This document shows, piece after piece, positions 25,201 through 36,508 of a stretch of DNA of 64,000 nucleotides. The number at the start of each line of letters is the position of its first letter. Positions within the stretch are counted from its first letter, which is position 1. A program made the translations under genes and the position numbers. The notes under the pieces are model-generated. The model made no database searches. It was given only the letters and a program-made list of their open reading frames with translations, and was not told the DNA's origin. This DNA comes from Macrostomum lignano (Eukaryota): NCBI GenBank assembly GCA_002269645.1, contig NIVC01000417.1, positions 62,001-126,000 of the forward strand, in the 5' to 3' direction.

Positions 25201-28139
25201 AAAGAAGGTTTTCAGCAAATCGAACTGAACCAGGATTTGCCTTACAATTGGAGCAAGCTGCAACCACCTAGTCTCGACAGGCCGCAGAAACTTCAACTTC
25301 TCGACTTTTAACAAATTAGCTAGCTGGTCGTAATTTTTTCCATTGGAGCACTGTAGCGAAGAAGGCTGAACAGATCAGAAGCAAATCCTTCAAGATTGCA
25401 GTTAAGCGAATTAATGGCTTTCCTCCAGGCATTGTGAACATGGTGAAGGCTGCATCCTCCAATGTCCAGCTGAACTGCACCCTGATCCTGGACCCGTTTT
25501 ACAGCACCAGCCCTTGAACCGCGCATTGTGGCACAGCTGTCTGATATAAGGGAAACACAGTTGCTCATCTTTCCACCATGTTTGTCCACACATTTTGTTG
25601 ATCGATTCTGCAACTGTTTTTGCATCTGTTGCATGGATAGTAGGCAGGCCTAGCAAAACCATTCGAATCTCCCAACCATCAAGACAGCAGATAACCACCT
25701 CTAGGCAACTTTGCCCCTTGTTGGCGTAATCAACAAGCAACAAAAATTTGGTCTCAATCATGATGAGCTTGCATAGCTGTCGGTTTAGATAGATGTGAAT
25801 ACCATCTGTCAAGAGGTACGAAACTTTTCTGGGAGAAAGCTTCATGTTTTCCGGAACAGTAGAATTGGGCAACATTCTTTTAAAAAGTTTTGCAATGTGG
25901 GACTTACTTTCAAATGTCTCATTTCTCTTGACAGTGCGAAGAACCCACAAAATCCCAAGTTCAATCATACAACAAAATGGGAAAACTTGACTTCATTAGG
26001 TTTATTTTACAATTCCCACGGATAGAAATAGAAAAAACTCTACTTTCCTACTTCTCCGCACTGATGCCCAGAATTCCCACAGATTTGGGAATTCCTACAG
26101 TGCCCAGAATTTGGACCCATAGTGCCAAAATGGCACCACAAATCTTTAGGCCTAGTGCCAAAAAATTAATGCATTTTATGATATAGTAAAGATGCAATCA
26201 TTGAAGTAAAGTATGTGTAGCTGCATAGATATTGTCTCATTTTAACTCTTATATATAAAAAAAGTTAAATTGGTCTAACAATTATTTTAATTTTTTCCAG
26301 AAATTTTCAGGGTTACTAATGAGAATTTAAAAAAATTAGCATTGAATGGTTAAACTAAAAATTTTGATGAGTGCCAATTTGTAATCTTGATTTCTGATTT
26401 TGCACCCTGATTTTGGACCCAAAGTGCCAAATAAAACCACAATTTGACAAAAAACTTTTCAAATAAAAGGCATTTGAAGCAAAAAATATTTTTTCCTAGT
26501 TTTTTACTTTCGTGCCAAATTCTATTTTTTTATTTATAGGCACCAAATAGCAAACTGGGGGATATAAATGTTGAGTATGAAAAAGCACAGACATAAAAAA
26601 GCATGAATACCTATTCCTAGACCTAGATATATTATAAATTTATAAAAACATTGTTTATTAGTATAGGCTTAATTCAAGTTTAACCTCAACAAGTTACACA
26701 TTATATGTTGGCATGTGATAGGTTCTAACCTCTAGATTAAATAGTATATGCCCAAAAATTTGGGTTTATATAGGCCTTACATGACAAAAGTTAGGCATGC
26801 ATAGTTGGTGCGCATTACCCCTAAGAAAATAGTGTACATGCACACTTGGCATGCACTTTATAGAATCACATAAAAGAATTAGTATTAAGTGGAAAAAAGA
26901 TTAAAAAGTAGATTTTTAAGTACAAATTTCAAGCTATCCAGTTTTTTAAGCTTATAATTAGGCATTTAAACAAATGTTTATGCATATCAATTTTTTGCTA
27001 TAAATAGTATAAACAAGAAAGATAAATAATCAACCAAATTATCAGCCAAAAAAGGTCTTTTATGTAAGGCAAAAAAGGTAATTTATTGTTGTAACACTAG
27101 CCTAGATTTGAGAGTATAGTTGAGCCTTCAATTTTTTTTGGCATACATTTGTAACTATTCAATTTTTGTTTGGGTGGGCACCTAGCATGATCTGGACTAT
27201 GGGATAGGCTATTATAATCTACCCCTCCTCCCTATATGGCTACATAGCATTTTAAAGAACTTAACACTTATTTGCTAATAAATTTTATAATGTAAAACTG
27301 ACTAGCCTAGGCTAGGGGTATAATACAAAATTGGCTAAATGTTCTAAATGTCTAAATAGATAAGAATAAGCATAGGACTATATATTTTCTGATTTCTTAT
27401 TGGTCATAATTGGTATTAGGAAATTTTAGGAAGATTTTAAAGTTTTAAGAAGATAGATACTATAATAGGACTATATTAGGCCAAACCAAACAATAACATT
27501 CTTTTCAGCTTTTATTATTAGGTATTTGTCTACTAAATAAAGCAAGCAGCCTAGCACAAAATCAAAACCTTTAGTGCTTATAGCATTCTAAGTTTTTTGT
27601 CAATATTAGGCCTAGGCCTAGTAGGGCCTAATGAATTTTTAATAAACAAATAGACATTGATTACTTGATGTAAAAGTTATTTTAGATAGTATCATTATTG
27701 AATGAATTGGCAGTAAAACGGAAAAGGTTCAAGCTTTTATATTAGTTATATATATTTTTTTGTTTCAAATATTTTTTGTATCAATTCTGACAATAGTTGT
27801 GAATATGATTAAATAAACATAATACTTAATATAACAATAGCTATTAGGTTGAAAATAATTGGTAGAAAGAGTAGATATAATAGAGATTCAATTTTGAGGC
27901 CACCTTGGTCTTATATCTAAAGTCTATAGGCCTAGGCCAGGGAGGTATTAATATTAAATTCCTAACATTAAAATACATAGCTCACTTACCTTGAAAACTC
28001 GACCATATGTACCACTTCCAATTTCTCTAATGTTAATATAGAACTCCCATGGGTCTGAAACTTTAATAATGCTAAGCAACTGTGGATGCTTCTCAAATAT
28101 TGCCTGTCTTGAGCAGTCTATATGATCGCCGAGAGGCAT
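15715..28139 (-). CDS. MAP4K3: MAP4K (GCK-I subfamily; MAP4K3/MAP4K5/happyhour-like) kinase with C-terminal CNH domain, 8 exons, ~1012 aa
   Basis: complement(join 27990-28139, 24391-24609, 23101-23349, 22338-22720, 21490-22038, 18677-19331, 17546-18196, 15715-15897) = 3039 nt. All introns are GT-AG with consistent phases. Motifs [39 protein letters not shown]; CNH motifs TKVPGTKGC and AFYKHGYQ. Exact orthology (MAP4K3 vs MAP4K5) cannot be resolved here. Confidence 0.93.
15960..16264 (-). mobile_element. tRNA-derived CORE-type SINE, copy 1 (MAP4K intron 7)
   Basis: tRNA-like head with A and B boxes (TAGTGGTTAGAG, GATTCGATTC); central ...CAGTTCACCCAGCTGTAAAATGGG resembles the MIR CORE domain; (ATT)-rich tail; near-identical to 39512-39821. 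Confidence 0.85.
16330..17530. repeat. 26-bp tandem array CTAGATATACTACTCAACATAT(A/G)CTA (~44 copies), intron 7
   Basis: Head-to-tail units. Confidence 0.96.
17546..18196 (-). CDS. MAP4K3: MAP4K exon 7 (CNH); acceptor position least certain
   Basis: TKVPGTKGC...LLLRW...AFYKHGYQ; donor GTGCGT. Confidence 0.85.
18260..18640. repeat. Degenerate TGAGCTATCAATCACC (16-bp) array, intron 6
   Basis: Repeated AGCT(A/G)TCAATCA motifs. Confidence 0.85.
18677..19331 (-). CDS. MAP4K3: MAP4K exon 6 (linker and start of CNH domain)
   Basis: GAFVKI...[11 protein letters not shown]...[10 protein letters not shown]...PQLYRFDL. Confidence 0.9.
19395..21380. repeat. 34-bp tandem array CTGATCATTGCGGTAATACTCATTTTCCAAGAAA (~58 copies) with an 884-bp higher-order repeat, intron 5
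   Basis: A diagnostic variant unit recurs at 19772 and 20656 (884 = 26 x 34). Confidence 0.95.
21490..22038 (-). CDS. MAP4K3: MAP4K exon 5 (polyQ, Pro-rich, acidic linker)
   Basis: Phase-2 junctions on both sides; PPPRGPPR and RPxS motifs. Confidence 0.85.
22120..22310. repeat. (TGTC)n microsatellite, intron 4
   Basis: Directly visible. Confidence 0.95.
22338..22720 (-). CDS. MAP4K3: MAP4K exon 4
   Basis: [28 protein letters not shown]...[14 protein letters not shown]. Confidence 0.93.
22755..23030. repeat. 22-bp G-rich array GGGGTAAGGGGCGATTCTTATT, intron 3
   Basis: About 11 units, each with two GGGG runs. Confidence 0.92.
23101..23349 (-). CDS. MAP4K3: MAP4K exon 3
   Basis: DIYTTT...[11 protein letters not shown]...DFG...GTPYWMAPE. 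Confidence 0.94.
23532..24297 (+). mobile_element. hAT (Charlie-like) MITE with ~580-bp GA-rich tract, intron 2
   Basis: TIRs CAGGGGTCGGCAAAC / GTTTGCTGACCCCTG; flanks TCACAGAC / GCCTAGAC form an imperfect 8-bp TSD. Confidence 0.85.
24391..24609 (-). CDS. MAP4K3: MAP4K exon 2
   Basis: [16 protein letters not shown]...[12 protein letters not shown]...[14 protein letters not shown]; not present in the ORF track. Confidence 0.93.
24907..25970 (-). mobile_element. Decayed hAT-superfamily transposase fragment, intron 1
   Basis: [25 protein letters not shown] and VETRWL motifs distributed over three frames. Confidence 0.85.
27990..28139 (-). CDS. MAP4K3: MAP4K exon 1
   Basis: MPLGDH...[11 protein letters not shown]; donor GTAAGT. 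Confidence 0.9.
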
Positions 28140-29336
28140 GATGATGCCAAAAATTAGGCTCTGAATATTGGCTGATTAGGTCTATCTCATTGATCAACAA
28201 ATACTACTAACGTAGAATTCAGCAGGAATCAAAGCTTTTTATCCAGGCCTAGGCTAACAAGTGGGCGGGGCATGGGGCAGTAGAATTATTTCATTTTGAT
28301 TTGATTGAGGTTGTAAAGATTCAACGAATTTTAGAAAAAGCAGGCATGCATTAACTTCGTACAAGTTTAATCAAGTTTAATCAAGTTCAATTGATTACTT
28401 AGGTTACGTCAGGCAAAAAACAATTCGACCTACACCACCTTCAAAGGCTCAACAGCCAGACTGAGGCTTAAAAATTTGTAAATTCAGTCAAAATTAAAAA
28501 ATTGTTGACACTTCTAAACAAATTTTAAGTAAAAATATCAATAAATTAATAAAAAATTATCGTTGGTTATTCATTTATATGTATATAAATAGAACAGACA
28601 AAATATGAAGCGCTTTAAAAAGTTATGAGTAACTTTTGATATATGAGGCTACTTTATTCATCGCTGGCCATTTATGGTCAACAATTCATTTCAAATTATT
28701 TTTTAGGTTTGCGTTTTCTGCGGACATTTAAAGGTTATTAAATGTAACGGAACTAAATTTTGGTAGTTTTATTTATATATTCTAATATTTTTATTAGAAA
28801 AGAAGTTGCGTACATATGTGTACATACTTTATATAAATGTCTTTTTATTGAATTATGTACGTTTATTACATATAGTTAGTACACATTTACAGATATCTAT
28901 ACAAGTGTGTTAATGAATACACCGTACCACTGTGGATAAACCGATGCTGGACTATCGTGGTCGCAGACCGTCAAATCTCTAGTTATTGTACGGTGTATAG
29001 TGAACGAGCCTTTACACATGTACATGTACTTAGCTCGTACAGCTGTATACAGCTCTTTTACACATGCAAGTGCTGACTTCCCGTACAGCAATCCGACGTC
29101 GCAGCGACGTCGGCCAACATGCATTCCCGACGTCTATAATTGACGTTTATGACAAATATGCACTTTTACATTACATTGACGGCCCTAATTAAGTGCAGTG
29201 CAGTCACATCAATCCCATAAGAATCTCCGCTTGGGTCTGCATGTTCGCGCAATTAACGCCCTTGAGGGCCAACCCCCCCCCCAAGCAGTGTTGCGCACGA
29301 TACTGATGAGGACGCACCTTTTTTTCAATCTTAGAA

Positions 29337-31957
29337 TTTTTTCAATCTTCTTGCTTTCCGCAGGTTGACGAACCGGAGTACGTGGTCGATGACCACAGGC
29401 CTTGTGATCACAAGCTTTTCCAGCAGTGCGCCACCCCCCAGCTACTCCAGCTGGCAGCAAATTCTTTTAAACCGTATAAATCGTCTGGCCCTGACAATAT
29501 CGCCCCCTGTATCCTGCAGGAGGCGCTAAAGCTGCAAAACTTTGCTGATTCTTTCTCTAAATTGCTTGTTGACTGTTATACCACAGGTTACATTCCCACA
29601 ATCTGGAGAATGTCCAGAGTCGTGTTCATCCCGAAACCTGCTAAGGGTGACTACACCAACGTGAAATCCTTCCGGCCCATCAGCCTCACTTCCTTTTGTG
29701 TTAAGCTGATGGAGAGGCTCATCCTGTGGAGGCTTCGAGAGTGCGACCTGCGCTCCGACCCTGTCAGTAAGTACCAGTACGCCTTCCAGCCTGGGAGGAC
29801 GACTGAGCATGCTCTCCACGCCATTACCTCCAAAATTGAGAGTGCCATCCTTAGCAAACAACTCGCTTGCGGGTTGTTCGTTGACTTCGAAGGAGCATTT
29901 GACAATGTCCTCTTCCGCTCCTTCAGAAATTCTCTTTCCCGCAGGAATGTAAGACACAGCATTGTTCGCTGGATTTATTTTATGATCCGCAAAAGGTTTG
30001 TGACATCCACACTTATGGGCGTTACCCTCACCCGGGCGGTGATGAAAGGCGGCCCGCAAGGTGGCGTGCTAACTCCACTTCTCTGGAATCTCGTCATGGA
30101 CGAACTTCTAACCGCTGACATTCCCAGCAGTATCACCAGGGCGGGCTACGCCGATGACGTTGCCGCGGTCGTCAGCGGACCCGACCCCGCCACTCTGCGC
30201 AACCTGATGCAGCAATTCGCCGACAAGGCGGCCGACTGGGCTACACAGCATGGCCTAAAAATCAGCGTCACTAAGACTGTCGCTGTCGTTTTCACCAAGC
30301 GCCGTAAGTGGGAGATGAAAAACCTCACTGTCTATGGCAGAAACATCCCCTTCAAGAAGGAGGTCAAATACCTCGGTGTGACGCTAACGCATGACCTGCG
30401 CTGGACGAAGCACCTTGATAACGTCATCGGTCGGGCAAAACGCTGCTTTGCCCAGCTGCGCAGAGCCATCGGGCCGACTTGGGGCCTCTCGCCTAGAACG
30501 GTCCGTTGGATTTATACCGGCATCATCCGGCCCAGTATCACATACGCGAGTCTCATCTGGACTAGCGTGCTGGAGCAGAAGGCCGCCCGTCAGCGGCTGA
30601 ACCAGCTTCAGGGCAGCATTTGCCGTGCCATCACAGGTGCGTACCCGTCCACCCCTTACGAGGGGCTGAACACTATCCTTAACCTACCTCCGCTTCACCT
30701 ATTTATTAGGGCGGAGGCTATGAAGTCTGCCTCCCGGCTTATCAGAGATAAAACGTTAAATAACGCGCCCTCTGGCTTTATGCCAATGAAAACATTAATC
30801 CCGCATATGGACTTTGTCCGCCGCGACCTTAACAACATCCACATGGACCTGGGCAATGTGGATAGTCGACCTCCCGCCCTCAACATCAGGAGGGGCTTCA
30901 AGACCGCCATCCCTGGCCGAGACAACATTCCGCTGGATGTCGGTGTGAACCGGCGCAGCCAGGGCATTCACTGCTTCACCGACGGCTCGCTGTTCAACGG
31001 CCGCGCTGGAGCGGGTATTGCCATTTTCCACGAGGGTAAGATGCTTCTCCAGGAAAGTCTGCACCTCGGTGAGAACACCTCAGTTTTCCAAGCTGAAATT
31101 TGCGCCATTGAGCAGTGTGCCCAGCAACTGTTTCAGGCGAACATTAATAATTTTGACATTAATTTCTACACTGATAGCCAAGCTGCTATTAAGGCCTTAA
31201 CCACTGAGAATATCTCCGCTGCTACAGTATCTCAATGCCACCGCAGTGTGCAATCTCTCTCAGTCCTTAACAGGATTAGAATTATCTGGACACCTGGTCA
31301 CAGCAACATCCTGGGCAACGAGCTCGCGGACTCTCTCGCCAAGGAGGGCAGCAACCCAGACGGCAACCACCGTCTGATGAGGCTACCCACCCCCAGGTCG
31401 CAAGTCACCCGCCATATCAACAGGTGGCTCCATCAGCAGCACCAGCTCCACTGGAACAGCTGCACCGAGTACAGGCAGAGCCGCTCTGCCATGCCTAACC
31501 TGAACAGGAAAGTCTCTGATTATCTGATTTCGCTTAACAGAACCGACCTCAGGGAGATGTGCATGGTCCTAACCGGCCACGGATTCTTCCAGAGACATAT
31601 ATCGTTGCAAACCGGTTGCCCTCCCACCTGTCCCTTCTGTGGCATAGGAGAGGAGACCGCGGAGCATCACGTCACCTTCTGCCCTTACTTCAACAAGGCG
31701 CGGCACAAATACCTCGGCCACCCCCAGCGGATGGACGAGCTGACCACCGCGGACAATATCCGAGACCTCCGCGCCTTCGTCCGGGACTCCGGCCGGATGA
31801 GGGTCGCCGATGCCTCCACTGCGGACCTGCCGACTACTGGCGGGGACTGGGCGCACCCCCAAGGCTAATCCTTGTGCTCTTTTACCTTGGGGTTGCGATA
31901 GGGGCCTCGCGGCCTATTCGCGGCGCCTGCGCCCCCCGTCAGTAGTAAATAAGTAAG
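29337..31957 (+). mobile_element. 5'-truncated non-LTR retrotransposon with RT + RNase H + Zn knuckle (I-group, Loa/Lian-like)
   Basis: 15-bp TSD TTTTCAATCTTAGAA at 29322-29336 and 31958-31972; short TAA(A/G) tail; uninterrupted ORF. Confidence 0.92.
29382..31868 (+). CDS. LINE ORF2 remnant: RT, RNase H and C-terminal CCHC (828 aa; endonuclease missing)
   Basis: [36 protein letters not shown]; RNase H motifs FTDGS, QAEI, YTDSQ, PGH..GNELAD; CPFC..H..C. Confidence 0.93.
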   Translation: MVDDHRPCDHKLFQQCATPQLLQLAANSFKPYKSSGPDNIAPCILQEALKLQNFADSFSKLLVDCYTTGYIPTIWRMSRVVFIPKPAKGDYTNVKSFRPISLTSFCVKLMERLILWRLRECDLRSDPVSKYQYAFQPGRTTEHALHAITSKIESAILSKQLACGLFVDFEGAFDNVLFRSFRNSLSRRNVRHSIVRWIYFMIRKRFVTSTLMGVTLTRAVMKGGPQGGVLTPLLWNLVMDELLTADIPSSITRAGYADDVAAVVSGPDPATLRNLMQQFADKAADWATQHGLKISVTKTVAVVFTKRRKWEMKNLTVYGRNIPFKKEVKYLGVTLTHDLRWTKHLDNVIGRAKRCFAQLRRAIGPTWGLSPRTVRWIYTGIIRPSITYASLIWTSVLEQKAARQRLNQLQGSICRAITGAYPSTPYEGLNTILNLPPLHLFIRAEAMKSASRLIRDKTLNNAPSGFMPMKTLIPHMDFVRRDLNNIHMDLGNVDSRPPALNIRRGFKTAIPGRDNIPLDVGVNRRSQGIHCFTDGSLFNGRAGAGIAIFHEGKMLLQESLHLGENTSVFQAEICAIEQCAQQLFQANINNFDINFYTDSQAAIKALTTENISAATVSQCHRSVQSLSVLNRIRIIWTPGHSNILGNELADSLAKEGSNPDGNHRLMRLPTPRSQVTRHINRWLHQQHQLHWNSCTEYRQSRSAMPNLNRKVSDYLISLNRTDLREMCMVLTGHGFFQRHISLQTGCPPTCPFCGIGEETAEHHVTFCPYFNKARHKYLGHPQRMDELTTADNIRDLRAFVRDSGRMRVADASTADLPTTGGDWAHPQG

Positions 31958-34900
31958 TTTTCAATCTTAGAACCGCACATTTTGCTTCGATGCGCTTTTC
32001 CCCTACTGTCAGTAGGCTAACTTAGGAATTTCTCTCCATTCTCTTCTCATCTAGGCGAAGTTCTATACTAATTTTTGCCATTACTATTAGTTATGTTAGG
32101 TACTCAATGTACTTCTCTTAGGATTCTAATTTTGGATTGTTTACGCACCTTTGAAGGTCAGACTGTCAGGGTTTGAGATGGATTGACCTCCAACAGTCTA
32201 GACAGGCGACACTAAGTCTGGGAGGGACGTTTTCAACCTCGTTCTGACCCCCAGATTTGTGGCTTTTTTACTGTTTTCAGTGATTTATGACCGTCTAGCT
32301 GTCACTTTTGGCTCCAGCCTGTCTGGGTCAAAGAGGTCTTTCCAGCTCTCTCCCCACTCGCTCTGTTGCTTTCTACTTTGATTTATGGGCGTTTTGCTGT
32401 CACTTTTGGTGCCAGGATGTCTAGACAAGTGACTTTTATTATGTTTTGCTTATGATTTATGACCGCACCTATCAACTTCCCTGGGGTCTGAAGGCCACCT
32501 GGTGGGGTGGGTTTTGGGGTCTTGAGCTCAGCCAATCAGAGTCGACCTGACTGCCCCCGGCTCGACCAATCAGAAAATTTGGCGCCTTACTGAAGAGCGG
32601 ACCCTGGTCCTCCTCTTCTGGTCCTGCCTGTAGTGACTCAGACAAAATCGGAGGGTTTGTGAGTGCACGAAGAATCTTAGAAATGGGCCGACTTGCCCTG
32701 CAAGTATATTTATATATGCGAAGAGTAAGTGCGCGTGAGTCTTACGTAATACATTGCAACACGTGACTAACAATATTTGCGCGCCAATATTGTACATCGC
32801 ACTGAACTACACTACACTGCCGACCTGATCCCCCTTTCCCCGGCAGTTTCGGCTTCAACAGCTAAGTCCCCCCTGAGAAGCATCATCAATATCTCCCGGC
32901 AGTTATCTAAGAGCAGCAACGACTATCGGCAAGTGAAGAGCAGCGGCGGCAATCGTCAGTCAAGATCAGCAGCAGCATCCCACCTAAGCGCTTCGGTCTC
33001 TGTGGATGCCTTGGCTACCGGCAGATAGGTCCTCTGATTGGTTTGGTGAGAGGCTCTCCTGACCTGCTTAACTGGGTGCACCCTTTGTCTGACCCCTTCC
33101 TAGGTAGTCTGATAGGATTTGCACTTTTGCTTACTTGCTTTTGTGTGCCAATCTCGAGGCAGAAGTGTTAGTTAATATTAAAAGTAGCCATTTGCTCTAA
33201 CTCAATCTAAAGTGTTTAGGATTGCGGATTAAGTGAGAAAGTTAAATTTGGAAGTTAAAGACTTAGCGATTTCTTTCTTTTTCGCAATGCCAGCTGAGAT
33301 GAGCGGCTAAATCTAGAGGCAGAGGTCACGGTGGACCGGAAGCGGCACAGTTCCCAGTCAATCAGTCAATCTCAGAAATCATTATGTTAAGCATGCAGAT
33401 TAAGAGCCAGACTGGCGCTTTGGCGCGGTCACAGGCAGTTAAGCGGCTAAAGTAAGTTAAATATTAGTCTAACGATCTCCGAAAGTGACAATGCAGCTAC
33501 ATCATCGCTATCTGTCGAAGTGTTAACACATTTAGTGCCAAAAGCGTGCAGTTACGTGTACTTATACATGTACTTCTGGGAATTTGGTAATGAAATAGTA
33601 CATTTAGTAGTGTATAGAGGCTCGCCAGCGCAAGAACCCCCTGCAGAAGTCCTCTCTGTCCCTGCATGGCCAATGCGATCTAAGTCCCAGCAGCGTCCCT
33701 TCTATTCGGCTATGACTTCGAGATAGACAGCTAAAAGGCACTAGATGGCAGGTAAGTGCAGTGCCCCTCTAGTCGGAAGTCCGATTTCGATAGCTCCGGT
33801 TTGGTGAACCGGGGCGCACGGACTGGTGGCAGCGGGTTAGTTAATCTGCGGATTAGCTAATCTCTACCTTTCAAATTCTCCCTGCTTGTCTCTCGTTGTC
33901 TTCTCCTAGCTATAGGACCTTGCTGCTCGCCCACAATCTAGCTACCATGGGGCTGATCATCTGACAGGAGTGAGAGGCCAGAGTTCTAAGTGATTCATTT
34001 CTGAATTCTGAGGCTTGAAGCTTATAGGCTTAAAAAGGCCGAACCCATCAATACTCAAAAAAGGATCCGTGAAAACAGATACTCCGATACCCTTTCTGAA
34101 AAAACTACTGCCGATCTGCTATAGTCCACTATTGACCAAGACTTGAAAGCTCTTACCCAAATACCCAAATTTGAGTATCGGCGATACCCCTTTTATTCCG
34201 ATACTTTATTCCGATCAGGGACTACTGTGTTTGAGTAGTCCCTGATTCCGATATGGGCAATACCCGGTTTTTGCAAACAGAAATGTTTAACGAATATAAA
34301 TGCATATAATTTAAGCTTCTCAGACCAATTCTCCTGGACGTTTAAGGCGAAGAAACCAAGCTTAGAATTGTTTTAAATGATGTAGCTAGCCTTCAGTAAA
34401 ACAAGTAAAATAAAATTATCGAATGAAAACCAATCAGTTGCCACTGTAGTCAATCATTATAACTACTTACTATAGCCACTGTAGTCAGTCTTCTTTACGC
34501 CTATTATTAGTGCTATTATTTAGTATATTGATTGTTTTAGCTAGTAGTGTGGTGCGTGGCCTGCCAGTCTGCGATTGGTGCACCTGTACGCTTAATTAAC
34601 CTCAGCCTTGTTCTTTTGGGTTGGGTGCACCTACATATACACATGTAGTCAACTTTAAAGCCTTACCTCTGATTGGACAACACCTCGCCCCTTCCGCGCT
34701 CTCTATACATGTAAACCTACATGCAAATCGCGTCACTTCTCTGCGCTTTACTCAACTTGGCCTCGCCCAAAATAGTGGATTTATTTATTTATTGCTGACT
34801 GATTGTTTACATGCACGCATCGTTCACTAAATTTTTTGTGTTACTAGTGTAGTACCAGTGTATTTACTATAGTAGAAATCGTAGAATTGATCGGCAATCA

Positions 34901-36508
34901 GTGGCTGACAGTGTTGCAGAAGTTGCAGCATGATATTCGAAAAATAATTGAGTAAATAATATCATCTTAATGATAATTACTAATTATTAACTAATTGATG
35001 AAGTATATATTGCGCAGGCTGTTTTAAAAAGTTCTAAAAACTTGTTTTAAGAAAGAAAATATGTATTATTTTAGCTTCATGACCAAAAAGTGAAATTATT
35101 ATCATAGTTACTTTCTGTAAAAGTACGCAACAAGTTCGCAACTAAAAGTAAGCTCACACACAGAGAGGATGCTGACAGTATCTTATCTTATCTTAGGATA
35201 ATAGCTGGCTTTCAGGGCTGATGCTTTCTGCTTTAAGAGCAGTTTCCTTTAGTTTCCTAATAATAGCGAATGTACATGTACAAGGTCAAAGCTACATGTA
35301 TAAGAGTAGTTTATTAAAAATTAGTCCTTTAATTGTTGCTCCCAGGGGACGCAGATTGCTGTGTAGTAGCAAAGCTAGAAATCTCAGTTTAGGGCAATAA
35401 AACTTCCTTTGCGGCTTATGAACATTCATTTAATTAATAATTATTATAACGTATTCATTAATTAGTACCACGTGAATCTGTGATCGACGTCACTGCATCG
35501 TAAAGGACTGACCTGCATGGACCGACTTAGCCCGTAACTGTCAACTGAGAAGAGCAGGAAGCAGAGAGAACTCGAACTCATTTTTTCCCTAAATATAATT
35601 GAAAAGCATTGTCTAGTCTATTAATTAAAACATTTATGCTTAGTGCTAGATAGCTATTTCGAGGACTATCTACAAGACCTGGACTATGGGATTTCGCGAG
35701 AAGCTATTGTGCTCCACCGTAGACGAGCAGCGTGTAGTCGCGTTGAGGCGGCCGACTTTCATTAACAGAACTTTCAGATTGTTCTGTTCAATCATCTACG
35801 ATATTGTCTCGCCTCAATAGCACTCCTGGCATACTTCTCGTGCAGTGAGTTCAATTGTCACCTGCCCCGGCCTCCAACCCCACCGCAGCAGCCTTTTAAT
35901 TTCAAATGCAAATCCTCCTATTATAAGTAGCACGTACACGAACACAAAGATATGGGAGTAAAATGCAATTGTCTAATATTAGGACTGGTCACAATTTACA
36001 ATTCACAATTCCCAACAGCAAGGTAGTTGATATCAAACTACTACAGTAGCTATTCATTCGGAAAGTAATAATAGCTCTATTAATGTAATCCTTAATGCAA
36101 CCGGAAGCAATTGCCGGAAAAAACCAGCCTTTTAATCATGGTCTCAAACCCTGGTTTATTCTGTGGACAGGACGCAAGTACTTCTGGGAAATTCATGAGA
36201 TGTACGCTCGTACAGGTAGGCAGGGAAAGTCAAGCGCAAAAAGTTGCGATCGATGGCTCAGGCCAATGGAAACTAAGGTCCATATAATTCTCAAGACCCT
36301 ATCTATGCTTTTCTATACCATGAAATTGCTTTAAAATAGCTTTTTATTGCTTCAGTTGTCATGGCAGCAGAGTGAGGAAGGATTGGCTTAGCAATATTGT
36401 CTTCTGTTTCCGACTCTGGAATATAGTTCGTAGCATTTACAATATCTGAAATAAACTGTGTGTCCGTGAAGCTCAAGCACAAGAACCGCAGTTCGTGTTG
36501 AATCCCCT

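Noticed and set aside
29526-31945. Antisense and alternative-frame ORFs over the LINE
   Set aside because: They are shadows of the GC-rich RT ORF.
32500-33050. TGGCGCC at ~32580 as a possible LTR primer-binding site, with CCAAT-rich flanks
   Set aside because: No second LTR, no extended tRNA complementarity and no gag/pol downstream.
35650-35850. GC-balanced exon-like segment upstream of the FReD gene
   Set aside because: All frames I checked contain stops and show no recognisable motif.
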